This document shows, piece by piece, positions 1-13,676 of a DNA stretch of 64,000 bases. This DNA comes from Amoebidium appalachense (Eukaryota > Protista > Ichthyosporea): positions 186,001 to 250,000 of the forward strand of contig CAVNZM010000010.1 of NCBI GenBank assembly GCA_963693365.1. Reading direction: 5' to 3'. Made by a program: the position numbers and the translations under genes. Each line of letters begins with the position of its first letter. Positions within the stretch are counted from its first letter, which is position 1. Below the pieces are notes generated by a model, which had not been told where the DNA came from, did no database searches, and was given only the letters and a program-made list of their open reading frames with translations.

Positions 1-77
1 GGATGGGTTCTGTGTGTGTTTTGTCAGTGTCTGTGTGTGTGTGTGTGACTGTGTCTTTTTTTCTTTTTTTTCTTGTC

Positions 78-131
<54 letters not shown>

Positions 132-163
132 GGGGGGCAGAGGTAAGAACGTATGTACGTTCT

Positions 164-269
<106 letters not shown>

Positions 270-307
270 GTCGTGTGTCACAAAGGCATGCGCTTGCCCG
301 TCTGTTA

Positions 308-342
<35 letters not shown>

Positions 343-373
343 CGTGCATGAGCATGTGCACGCAATCGCACAT

Positions 374-1020
374 TCATGGGTGCTTGTCCAGCATCTAGCA
401 GGTATGTCGGTAAGCCAACGGCGAGAAGGGAGGGAAAGGGAGGTATGTACCGGGGGGGAGGGGAGGGGGTAGGGGGGGGGGGGGGGAGGGGAGGGGGGGG
501 AAGGGGAGGGGGGAAGGGGGGGGGGGGGGGGGGGGGAGGGGGGAGGGAGGGGAAGATGTGGTAGAGGGTAGGGTGTTGGGGGAGGGGACAAAGAGAGACC
601 CTGAAAGGCGGTTACCTCTTGCCACTCTCAAACCTTCCAAAAGATATTACCTTAGGCAGGAAGGGAGGGAGGGTGGGTGGGTGGGTGGGGGGGGGGGGGG
701 GGGGGGGGATTAGGGGGAGACAAAGAGAATGAAGGAGCGGTGTTTACCCCTCACCTCTCTCAAACCTTCCGCCGACTTCTTTAGCGCCAACACCAACCCC
801 AGAGGCAACTCCCTCTCATATGCTCTCTGCATGAACCACACCCACTGCTCCTCCCCAAAAAAGGAAAGTGTGCCCAGGGTTGGTATTCCCAGGGTGTGTA
901 ATTCAGCGGAAACTTGCGAAATTTGCTCTTCGACGTCCCAGCGGCCTTTGATGGCGGCAACGCGGAAAATTCGGTCGGTAGATATGAGGTAGCGTAGATA
1001 GTCGGATATCTAAATGCGTA

Positions 1021-1063
<43 letters not shown>

Positions 1064-1504
1064 CTGTTTTGTTTTTTTGGAGGGGGGGGAAAGAGGGGGG
1101 GGGGGGGGGGGGGGGAAGGGGGGGAGGGAGGTGGGGGGGAGGGGGGAGGGGGGAGGGGGGAGGGGAAAAGGTGGGAACGGGGTAATGGAAAAGGGGACGG
1201 GGGAAAGAGGGGTGTTAGAGTGCTGAGGTAGGTGGGAGCGGGAGAAGAAGAGAGTCAAACATCGTTGCACTTGGAACCACTTCATGCAAAAAAGTGAAAG
1301 CACACATACACACGCGCATGCGCGCGTGCGCGCACGGACACGTACAAAAACACCGGCGCAGAGAAAGGGAAGGGTATTTGGCGCGGGGTGGGTGGCGGTG
1401 GGGGGGGAGGGAAGTTGGTGAGAGAGGTAGTGTGAGGGGGGGGGGTGGAGGAAGCGGGAGACGGAAGAAGGGGAAGAGAGAGTAAGAGAGTGTGCGTGTT
1501 GGGG

Positions 1505-1538
<34 letters not shown>

Positions 1539-3254
1539 CGCAGGGTGGAACTCGGTGGGGTTGATGGAGATAGAGAGGGAGAGAGAGAGAGCGAGAGCGA
1601 GAAAGAGAGAGGGGACGAGGGGGGGGGGGGGGGGGGGGGCGCGAGAGAGGGAAAGAGAGAGAGAAAAAGAGAAAGAGGGGGGGCGAGGGAGAAAGTGAGC
1701 GAAAGAGAGACAGAGAGAGGCAGAGATAAAAAGAGAGAGAGCTTGTGTGTGTACACGTTTGTGTGTGGGGGGGAGGGGAAGGAGGGAGGGAGGGGGGGGG
1801 GCGGATGTGTGTGTGTGGGTGTGTGGGTGTGTGGGTGTGTGTGTGTGTGCGCGCGCGCGCGTGTGTGCGTTTCTTTACATACGTTTGTGTGTGCGTGCTT
1901 TTACATGTGCCTGTACATGTGGGTGTGTGGTGTATTTTAAAGTTTCTCATAGAATTGAGTGTGCCCGATGACATTGTGTGATCGAAAATTTTTGTCTGTG
2001 GTTGAAGGCTCTACCCAGGACCAGACCTGAAACCATCAGTAAAATGGAAGCTAAGTACGTGTTGGCACGGAGCAGTTCCACCTCCCCCCTCCCCCCCCCC
2101 CCCAAAAACCCCCCTCTCCCGCCTTCCCCCCACACACACACATGCACACACGCCCACGCACACGCGCACCCCCTCCTTCCCTCCCCCTCCCCCCCCCCCC
2201 TCTCCACACACACACCCTCGTGACATGAAAAAGCAAAAGAGAAAGAAAAAGGAAGAGAGAACGAATGGAGGGGGGAGGACCCTCCATAGGAAAAAGCCCT
2301 CAATGTCAAACCCTCAATGTCAAACCTTCCGATCACACACCTCAAAATCTTCCAGCTGCTGTGCCACCTGGTCTACCCTCTCTCCCCCCGGTGAGGGGGA
2401 CTTCAGGCAAAAAAAACGAGAAAGAGATCTCAAGAGCTCGCGATCAGCCTGGTGAGAGCCATAACGGATGCAAACCTCGGGAATAAGCAAATCAGTGGTG
2501 CTCTAGATCTGATAATGACGGAGTCCCAATACTGTAGAATGTAATTGTATATACATAATAATATAGACTTATGGTATTTTTTGTGCTTAAATACCCCGTA
2601 GTTATATTAGTTTACCCTCTTGGGTATGGCTGGCACCGGCTATAAGCGCACCAGCAGTTCAACTCGAGAACCCCCCCTACCCCCTCATCCCCCGGCCCCC
2701 TCCCCCCTCATCCCCCCCTCCCCCCTCGTCCCCCCCTCCCCCTCGCCCCCTTCCCTCTCCCTTTCAAACTGGTACTTGTTATCCAGGTTACCTTCTGGGA
2801 GAAGAAGCGGGGGGGGTGGGGAAAGGGAGGGAGGGGGGGAGGGGGGGAGGGGGAGGAGCCGGGCAGAGAGACGATCAGAAGGCCGATGATATACACTTGT
2901 GCACGGGACCTCGGGTAGCCGCCAGTGCAGTGCGTGACAGTGTCTGTCACCCTGTTGCTATGCCTAGGCAGTCGGGCAATCATCTTCATGTAGCACTACT
3001 TAGTCATGAAGGATATACAATTGGATCCCGAATTAAGGCCACATTAGATAAGGGTGGGGGGGGCGGGTTGGTGCAATGGTAAGATCTCTGCGTGTCAAGC
3101 TCAAAGTCGCAGGATCGATCCTGGTTACTTCCGATTTTTGTTCTGCCTCGACCTGTGTGTCGACGGTCCACTGGTCTGGCCGCCCCCTAGAAGCTATCAC
3201 CCCAGACCACGTCAAGCAGCACCACCAATTTGTTATCATCCGGCCGCAAGACAT
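374..3254 (-). CDS. Hypothetical multi-exon protein-coding gene (exon connectivity uncertain; may be two genes)
   Basis: Best exon 1009-755: (CA)n..TTTAG acceptor, 85 open codons ISDYLRYLISTDRIF...LPLGLVLALKKSAEGLRE, GAG|GTGAGG donor. Further phase-compatible AG/GT exons: 2951-2897 (GDRHCHALHWRLPEVPCT), 2502-2341 (STTDLLIPEVCIRYG...QQLEDFE), a candidate first exon from ATG 3254 and a candidate last exon 394-374 (MLDKHP*). The 2794-2616 and ~2030-1880 segments cannot be resolved. No family recognised. Confidence 0.4.
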
Positions 3255-4089
3255 GACGTCATGAACAGCACCGGCCCTCTGACGTCGACGGCGCGCCGCT
3301 TGGGCATCCCAGCCCAACGTTCAAGTGGGAGACCAATCCGAGTGGTGCACCGGCCACGGTTCGGGTTAGCGTCCTGGGCATGGGGTCTTCCCCTTTCAAG
3401 TCTTTATGTTTGTGTATGTGTCCCGGGTCGCTCCCGGCTGGTGTTGTTAAAGTGAGCTGTGCTCACTTCCCCACTAGCGTTGCTGCGGCTAGAACCGTGG
3501 GATAAGGCGTAACTAAAAATAGTGCCAGTTGGGGTCAATTAGAATCAGGCTGACTTATGAGTGTGCTATGCAGTACGATCTGTGTCTAGGCGGAAGCCCT
3601 GAGGCAGTGCCTCGCCGGGAGTGAAACGGGATAACATTAGATAAGAATGGAGTGCTTTTTGTAACAGGTGAAGGAAAACTTAGGAGTAAAATTTAAAAGA
3701 GTTAGGATGTTATGTGGAGTTTGATATCATTATTGTTCATTATGACCCGCAAAAAAAAGGGGTGTGTGTTTGCCTTTTTTTGGTTTTGCTGAGAGCTGCT
3801 ATGGATTGTATCAAATTTTTGGGGTTCGATTTTCAAATAGATTCGTTTATCGTTATAAGGAGTCTTCTTTTTTTTTGGTGGTGGTGGTGGTGGTGGTGGG
3901 GGGGGGGGGGGGGGGGGGGGGAGGGTATATCCCAAGAATTGTGGTATGAAGTTTTTTTTGGTGGTTCCTCATTCGGAATGTGTGGTTGTGGTGGATATTG
4001 CCCACTTGTGTTAAATTCAAACGGTTTGGAAGTGCACACACACACGCACACAACACACACAAACACACACACACATACAACTTATCTCA

Positions 4090-4186
<97 letters not shown>

Positions 4187-4209
4187 CAAGTGTCTATCGC
4201 TCTCCCAAT

Positions 4210-4283
<74 letters not shown>

Positions 4284-4351
4284 CTCTCTCTCTCTCCCTC
4301 TCTCCCTCCCTCCCTCCCTCCCTCCCTCTCTCGCTTCACACACACGCGCTC

Positions 4352-4450
<99 letters not shown>

Positions 4451-4894
4451 AAAACCGTGGCATACACATACAAGTGACCACACGTACAGACCGACATGGC
4501 ACAAGCACTCACACACGCATATACAGGCACGGCACACACAAAATGTGCAACACTGGTATGCCTACGTGCCAAACGGAGTGCTTCATGTAGTACGTAGTTT
4601 TGTAGTGCTCGGACGGTCACACTTGCATCCAAACCCACGTACACACGCACTATCTCTGACTTGTGGCACACACACAGCATCATGAGCTGAAGTTCGTCTA
4701 AGTCAATGGTTTAGGGCCTTGTTCGGTGTGAGAAACAACGCGAGCTTATCAGCGTTCGTTTCTTTTATCGACAAGCCAAAATGAAAATATACCATGATCT
4801 GAGATCTGGCCTGTACATTTATTAAGGTTCTATTTAAAGTTCACACCGTGTGTCGCCCCCCCGCTTCCCTTCCCACTCTCCCGCTCCCCCCTCC

Positions 4895-4925
<31 letters not shown>

Positions 4926-5166
4926 AAAAAAAAAAAAACCCCACCCACCCACCCACCCACCCACCCACCCCCCCTTCCTCCCGCATCGTTATCATATTAT
5001 AGCCCCTAGAATCCCTATCATTTTCGCCTTGTAACTTTTAACATTTTACCACTTATTGCCTATCAGTAAGTTATCCGTTGATGTTGCTGTTGTATCTTAA
5101 ACACTGAATCATTCGGTAACAGTAGGGGTGGTTGTGTGCTGGCCTCTGCTTACTTGTTTCACCGTG

Positions 5167-5320
<154 letters not shown>

Positions 5321-5474
5321 CCGTTGGTGCCCCTTATTTGCACGGTTTTTACTTTTACCCAACGACGTCCCTCGACCCTTTCACAAAGTTATACACAAAG
5401 CAAGGCTTACGCTTGTTGACCTACATAATGGCTGGTTTTATGTGCATGCACCGGCGCGCGCGCGTGCGCGCGCG

Positions 5475-5568
<94 letters not shown>

Positions 5569-5616
5569 TATGGCGGTCCTTTTGGACATAAATTATTGCT
5601 AGTGTCACAACAGAAT

Positions 5617-5694
<78 letters not shown>

Positions 5695-5726
5695 GCGCGC
5701 GCACATACACACACCGTGTACATCAT

Positions 5727-5761
<35 letters not shown>

Positions 5762-6235
5762 ATACACGCACACACACACGCGCACACACACACACTGTGG
5801 CATGCACACGCAAACACATGTGTAAGCACACATGTGCACAACTTGCTGTTTACGTACCTGATACGTCCTCAGGCTGATGTATGCTCCCACAACACATACA
5901 CACACCGTAACACCTACCGTACACCCACACCTCCATAAAGACGTGCACGAGCGCACACGCATTGTGCCACATGCACACTAATAGTATTCCACATTATAGC
6001 AATGCCATGCACATTGTCACATAGTACTTGAACACCAGACATCACGGCTTGTTAGCCAGTTGTTAATCGAATGAGTTTCAAACAAGTCCACTGACAGGCA
6101 CATGAGGTACACACACACACTGTGACACACATGTGTACACACAGTGTCACACGCACGTGCACACGCAAACACATACACACACACAAACACACACACGCAC
6201 TCGCGCCCGTGCAAACACACACACACACATACACA

Positions 6236-6309
<74 letters not shown>

Positions 6310-7587
6310 TGCACACACAGCAAAACCCCATCGGCAGATGTGCATATGAAAGCAATTTGTTCAGCCCCATACTACCTATATTCAAGGAATACACCACACC
6401 GTGCCAACATGCCATCTCACTAAACAGATCTGGCGAATTTTCACTCTTCCAAAAATGCCTTCCAATGGTTCAGTGAATCTGGACAACCAAGTAAGTCACG
6501 CATGTTTTGCTTCTAACAACACTGAATCACTAATTAGCACACAATCATTAATCAGAAACTTTTACCACGATCGGTAAGATGTATTACTAACCAAATCGCC
6601 TGCATCTTTGAGGTGCGCGAGAGGTGCACACACACACGATCTACGAACACCAAATCATTTCACGGTACTACTGTATTTGCATATTTGAGATGCATCTTGT
6701 TAACATGCATGCATCTACACCTCACTGAGGCACGGGTTTGCACCTTTTTTGCATCTAATAGCTGCAACAGTGATGGCCCAACAACATCGTGTGGTGGTGG
6801 ACGGGTGGCTGGTAGTAGTATTTGTGCCATGCATGCAGGGGGGTGGGACTGAGCGTGTATAATTAGCTGGGTTCGACGATCTTCTCATTGAGTGACTGTG
6901 TGCATGCTCATGTCGAGTTGGTTTCAGAAAAGTCTTTTGCCCGACTTTATTCGCTATATTACTGAGCCGGTGTGCCGCTCCTGCCCTGGACAAGTCCAAC
7001 GACATGCTTTCTGTGCAGCAAAATGGCACAGCCCAGGACTTGGCAATCGAAACTGTCAGATTCACCGATTCCCACAAAGAGTACATCGTGAGGCCCATCC
7101 GAGGCTACGGCTGCTCAGAATTAAAATCTCCTTCCCATGGGAATCAAGCAAAGACAGCACAGCTTGGATGTACATGTTAGCGGTTCACTTATCCATACTC
7201 CTCATACCCTGCAAGCAGCAGAATCATGGCATGTTCCAAGTGCCAGAAGAAGTGTTCGGAACCACTGAGCAACGATGTTTGTCTTGCGGGTCTGGCCAAC
7301 CCGTGTTTAGATTTATTAAGGTTAAACTCCCTGCCCGGGCAGGAATAAAGTAGACTTACTTATATACAAAACAACACTGTCGTCTTTGAATATTTACATC
7401 TATCTCGTAGCAGGCTTGCTTGTGATGTGATTATTCGAGACACCTTTATAGGCTACTTTCACCAACCAAAACATAATTTTTCGTTCACAATTTAAACAGT
7501 CGTTCGCAGGTAGCATTCGCGTAGTTGAAAAACACCTATCCTTAGCAACATCATTCATTCCAGTGCACACCGTAGTTTGATGGGCTG

Positions 7588-7998
7588 CTAGACGGTGGTC
7601 ATGATGCTAACAGGGCTCTGCTCGCCAGTTGCCCGTTTCTTTGTCGCTTGGTGTTGGCCGAACAACCTGTCGCTTGCTTGTCTCTTGCTCATTTCAGCAA
7701 GTAGACTGCATCCAACCGGTGACTCAGCCGGGCTTGGTGGAGGGGCCACGGTCATTTCCTCTACGCTGCAGCACCCATCACAATCCTCACACTCGCTCTC
7801 GTTCTTCTCCCAAACGTAGGCTCCAGGGAGCGGAGTTTCGGTGTTGAAACAGAAGTTCCACCTTGCACCTTGTGCGCTATGAAGAGCAGCAGCCTCGGCT
7901 TGCAGTTCGCGCGTCAGCTCATCATGGTCGGCTCCGAACAGGTTTCGGCGGAGGTTATGGGGGGCGGACCTAATCGACATGTGTACAGCGCCGGCCAT
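7588..7998 (-). CDS. Cip/Kip-family cyclin-dependent kinase inhibitor (p21/p27-like, CDI domain), intronless, 136 aa
   Basis: RRNLFGADHDELTREL...RWNFCFNTETPLPGAYVWE aligns by eye with p27 CRNLFGPVDHEELTRDL...KWNFDFQNHKPLEGKYEW (RxL/LFG cyclin-binding and WNFDF CDK-binding motifs). Basic tail KRQ...TKKR and C-terminal EQSP resemble the p21 basic tail and p27 EQTP. First in-frame ATG at 7998. Confidence 0.88.
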   Translation of the reverse strand: MAGAVHMSIRSAPHNLRRNLFGADHDELTRELQAEAAALHSAQGARWNFCFNTETPLPGAYVWEKNESECEDCDGCCSVEEMTVAPPPSPAESPVGCSLLAEMSKRQASDRLFGQHQATKKRATGEQSPVSIMTTV

Positions 7999-8258
7999 TT
8001 TCTTTGTAAGTGTATGTTTGTTTTGGAGTAGAAGTTGCTCGCAGGAAAGAGGACGTGAACACTGGGAAAAAAGCAAGTAGCGACTTCGTTACATGTTCAA
8101 GACTTGCCGGGAAGTGTGCCGGCTTTCCTGCAGCGGTGGAATGGTTTTTGTTCTCGGCCGAGCGAACTTGCCGCCGAAGTTGCCGGGTATCCCTGGACTC
8201 TGAGAGGTATGCGCTCTATACACTAGTATGGTGCATTGCGTCTGCACGTTTCTTTTTA

Positions 8259-8510
8259 TTTGAATTTTAAAGCCCAACAGACGCTTTACCGTTTCTATAA
8301 ATTGTTAAAAACAATAAGCAATTCGCGCGCAAGATCCTGTTGAATTGATTGTTAACAGTTTTAAAATTAGTTCAGCATTAATATTTATTAGGCTTATATA
8401 AGCGCGCGAAGAGGCCGCCTATTAATTTCGAAAATAAATAAATTTCCAGCACAAATTTAAAGTCACCAATCAGCTTTCTTGAAATAAAAAGTGTGGAAAC
8501 CCTTGAAATA
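8259..8510 (-). promoter_or_regulatory. Putative cell-cycle promoter of the CKI (E2F-like, CHR-like and CCAAT motifs)
   Basis: Microsatellite-free region upstream of the CKI: TTTGAA 8259-8264, inverted pair TTCGCGCGC 8322-8330 / GCGCGCGAA 8402-8410, CCAAT 8466-8470, TTGAAA near 8479 and 8503. Short motifs, so function is inferred. Confidence 0.4.
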
Positions 8511-10328
8511 AACTCAATGCGTTGTTACTTGTTGTAAAAGATGTCATGTTGGAGAACCATCAGACTGGCGCACGAAGCGCTGGCCGCCGGTCGATGGTTC
8601 AGGGCTAGGAAATTGTTGTTTTTTGAAGCGTACAGGCGCTGTGCATCATAGCCTAATTTTGGCTGAGAGGAGGGCAAAATGAACCCGGTGCTCAGTGGCT
8701 CAATTTCAACCCAAGTCCGGGGGTCGTTCTTTTGGAAGGAACACGCATTCAAGTGTCTCAAGTACAAATTGTGTATTTAGGGATCAGTTTATATCTATAT
8801 ATATATCATCTTCTCTCCCTCCATATATTGGCTCCAATCTGGCGAGGAAGGCTGAGCGGCTCAAGAACTCTCGAGATCTGAAATGTACGAATTTGCAGCC
8901 TATCCGGCCTCTGCATATCTATTTTTTCAAAACAGATATCAATAACATTTACGGACGCTTGCACTATGTTTCAATCCATTAATGACCGGAAATACCCCTC
9001 TTTGTTAATTTTGAGAAAATAATGATATCTATGATTCATTTTCAGGGTCCGCTGCCCAATGCTCATTGCATACCAGCGCTATCGCTCTTAGACCAATTAA
9101 AATGCCTCTCATTATCAAGTCATCAAACAAGCCAATCAGAAGAGGTTTCTAATCACGCAATTGAACCAAAAGTGTCGCCCTTATTAGCAATTCGATCACA
9201 CACCGCATGGCGAATTCCAAACGTGATATTTAGGTAATAGGAACGCGCATACCTATGTTTTTGGCGGGAAAGAAACGCCAATAGGAGAGGGTCATTTTGA
9301 CCGATTAAGAAGGAATGTGCACGGCGGCCGGCACTATCAAAAGATGTCCGCCGGGCATTCCGCCGGCCAGGCTGTTCGATTTCATGAGTGCTGTGTTCAT
9401 AAAAGTCCCGTGTCATCATTCACAGCACAGTACTCTAAGTAGCCTACTTTTCAAACGCCATAATAAACACTCCTATTCTTGAAGTTTGTGTCAGTCTGGG
9501 GCAGAGAAACTACATCCGGTATTCGGACTCCAATTCAAGGCTTGCAAGCACGATAATGATATCAGTCAGAATGTCCAATGATAACATGTCTTTATAATAA
9601 TTACCCGGCAACCGTACAAGCGGCCGCGGTGTCATTTCATGCGTGGTGCGGCCGGCCCGGCGCTCTTTTTCCCACGGCAACGTAACGCGTGAAGTTCTTG
9701 GTTGCCAAGGCACCCAAGTGACCCAACTGCCCCGCCCCCCACACATTGGAGCAGAAAGCATGGGAAAGGCGCGCCAAAAATGAATGGCGTACGACACAAA
9801 TACCGCAGTTTGCAAGAAATAGCTCATCTGGAGGTATTCGTAGCAACGACTACCGTTTGCGTGCTTGTGAGTTTGCCGCGTGACTGAGGCGTGCGCGGAC
9901 TGTACGTAGCGTGTGCTGTTGTTAGGTTATTTAAGCATCATTATCATAGAGGAATGTATATGTAGTTACTATAGGATTAGAAGCTATTTCATGTCACTAT
10001 ACCTCGAAGGCTGCCAATGGCCATAGTGCGCCATGGTAGTGCGTCACACACAGTCAGAGGCGTGACACGGTGACACACGCACACATGTACAGGTATCACA
10101 GTGATGAGTCACAATTTCACGAACACGTGCACACTGCCCTTCAATGCTGCACGTATGTACATGATGTAAGTGTACGAGAATTTCACTGTACAGACAACAT
10201 GTTAACATACGTGCAAAATATATACACACGAGGTGCCCAAACAGTCACAGTGTGGCACACACAGTGTCAACGTCACCTGCACGGCCGCACACTGACAAGT
10301 TGTCGACATTCTCTCCTCTCCTCCAGTC

Positions 10329-10365
<37 letters not shown>

Positions 10366-10422
10366 TCTCTCTCTCTCTCTCCCCCCCCCCCCTCTCTCTC
10401 TCTCCCTCTCTCTTTTTCTCCC

Positions 10423-10586
<164 letters not shown>

Positions 10587-12065
10587 CTCTCTCTCTCCGA
10601 CACAACACGTCAGATGCACGAATACATTTGTCATACACGTTTTCTCACATACTCCCCCCCCCCCTCCTTTTTTTTTTTTTTGGGGGGGGGGGGGGGGGCG
10701 GGGGGTGGTTGTTGATGTTTTTGTTTCTGCCACGTTCGACTGTGGCCTCAGCCACCGTATGACCATGTATACCCTGGCGAGTATTTATTTTTCTAAATAT
10801 TTTTCAAGGTTATTAGATGGCACGTGATCAGTCGTTTCGGAACTTAGTGTAATCGGCTTTGAAAAATTAAGGGCTACCTCAAAAGGTAGAAGTTGTTGTT
10901 TGTTGTTTGATGCTGTTTTTTGTTTTGTTTTAGTTCTAGCCAGTGACGGCCGTGCAGTTATTTATCATAAACATAGAAGTGTGTATGGCATCTGTATACA
11001 TACACAGGGAGGGGGTGGGGGGAGGAGAAGGGGGGAGGAGAAAGGTCATTGCACTTTGGGGGGGAGGGGGGACCCCTGTGGCTAGCTTTGGGAGAAGGGG
11101 GGGAGGGGGGGGGGGGGGGGGGGGGATTCACTCCACCCATCGGGCAGGTGATCCCCCCCCCCCCCCCCCCCCCCCCCCCTCCCCTCCCCTGGCCCTCCCC
11201 CCACCACCAGAACCACCACCACCACCTGCATGACCAATTCGAAAGAGGGTTGGATTCCTTCCCCCCCCCCCCCCCCCCCCTCCCCCCCCCTCCGTGGTGC
11301 ACACCCACCCACCACCCACCACCCACCACCAGCACCACCGCAGTCCTGCACAGGTCCCCCAGTGTAACCACCACCACTGACATTTTTGCCAACGGTATGG
11401 ATACCTGCCACGGTCAGTTGTGTTGGTAAAGTGTTGTATGGGTCGGAGAACCCATACAGAATTTAGTTGGAACCCGATGTGCGCGCGTGCGCATATTAAG
11501 TCTTCGGCTTAATGACGACATTCAATTCTAGATCTTTGCAGTATACTCTGGAATTTCTCTCGGATTTCTTAATATGGCAAATACGTGAAAAAAGAGGGAT
11601 TTTTGCCATAACCAGGAAAAAAGGAAAATCCCGATTATGGACTCTGGCATCAATACAATGCTGAACCTTAAAAAAAGGGTTCATGCTCACATCACACCGT
11701 GAAAGGCCCAAAATACTATTAGATCGAAACAGGCGAAAAACTACTTTTGTTACTAGAAGGAGGGAAAGAAAAGAGACATGGTGAACATAACGAGATTTTT
11801 GTCCAATTTAAAATATCTTGGGGGGAAGGCGGGGGAAGGCAGAGGGGGGAGGGGTGGGGGGGAGGAGGGGAGGGTAGAAGGGGAAAACTTTGGGGCGGGG
11901 GGGGGGGGGGGGGGGGATGGGGGGGGGGGGGGGAGTAGGTCAAGGAAAGCCACCCCCCCACCCCCCACCCCCCCTTCTCCTTTCCCCCTCCCTAGGCCCG
12001 GGGAGGGCAAACAGGGAGAGTGGGGGGGGGGGGGGGGGGGGGGGGAGGGCGGGGAAAGACTCTTT

Positions 12066-12096
<31 letters not shown>

Positions 12097-12635
12097 GGGG
12101 GACAGCTTGAGGGCGGTAGTCCGGGTAAAAGGGAGGAGGGGGAAGGGGGATTCAGGGGAGGGCTGGTTCTTCCACTTCCTCCACGAGGCTCCCAAAGGTA
12201 ATCGTAGGGGTGAATGGACCGAAGCCCCCCCCCCCCCCCCCCCCTCCCCCCCCCCCCCCCCCCCCCCCTTCCCTCCCCTCCCTCCCCCCCCCCCTTCTCC
12301 CCCCCCCCCCCCCCCCCCCCGCCCCCTCTTCCCCTCCTCTGGGGTGGGAGACCTTTCCCCTCCTCTGGGGTGGGAGATTTCCACCTGTTACGTCATTACA
12401 TGTGTGTGTGTGTGTTATTAAAGTGTGTGAGTGTTTGTCTTATTTCGAAAGAACCACGCAATGATTTGTTTTGCGTGTGTGCGCCAATGTGACACCCCTC
12501 TCATGTGTGCTTGGATTTTTTTTGTATTTGAGTGTGTGAACCTCTGCATGGTTGTGTGTGAGTGAAGGTTTGTGTTTGCCCCTTCGCACATATGTGGGGG
12601 ATCATGCTGTGTAGTGGTACGCAGTACTGCTAGGT

Positions 12636-12691
<56 letters not shown>

Positions 12692-12733
12692 ACGGTGTGT
12701 GTGTGTGTGTGTCACGGTGTGTGTGTGTGACAC

Positions 12734-12847
<114 letters not shown>

Positions 12848-12985
12848 CCCGCTCAGTCATTTTGATGCCTAAGTCTTTTGGCCCTGTGTACGCACGGCGG
12901 GAAAGAAATGGAGAGAAACTGTGCGGGCAATGTTTAGGCGGGGTGGGGCGGTCGGATCACGGTGTGTGAGTGTGTGAGTGTGTGT

Positions 12986-13016
<31 letters not shown>

Positions 13017-13301
13017 GGGGGGGGGGGTATAGTCTGTGCTGTGTGGAAGACGGTAGTTCCTATGAGGGCCCCCGGCGGGGTCTCTCCCGGAACAAAATGG
13101 AATTAAAAAAAATGTGTGTGTGTGTGTGTGTGTGTGTGATTTCGATCCCGAGCGAAGAGTAGTCACTGAGTGTTGGACCGACTTTCCCTTTAAATAAGGG
13201 ATGCACTATGCTTCAATGTTTACGTTTTGGGACATTGAATAAGTGGAAAGCTGCATGAGGATCCTAAGCTGTCCCGAATGATAGAGCCTGGTGTGTTAAA
13301 T

Positions 13302-13336
<35 letters not shown>

Positions 13337-13570
13337 TTCCCCCCCCCCCCCCCCCTTTTCCCCCCCTCTTCCTCCCCCCCCCCCTCCCCTCCCGCCCCCC
13401 TCTCCCCCTCCCCCACCCATCCACCACTCCCCTCCCCCCTCCCTCCCCCCGGGGCCCCCCTCCCCCTCCCCCTCCCCCCCCCCCTCCCCCCTAAAAAAAA
13501 CAAACCACATTAGGCCTCATTAGGCCCCCAAAAGCTGAAACGAGCTCACACAGTATTTCCGCGCGACGCT

Positions 13571-13676
<106 letters not shown>

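Noticed and set aside
1953-2064. Plus-strand AG/GT-bounded segment IECAR*HCVIENF... with a CxxU-like TGA (selenoprotein?)
   Set aside because: No partner exons or SECIS found, and it lies antisense within the better-supported minus-strand gene region.
6892-7353. 153-aa plus-strand ORF downstream of the CKI
   Set aside because: Non-ATG start, no recognisable motif or splice context; may be CKI 3' UTR or intergenic sequence.
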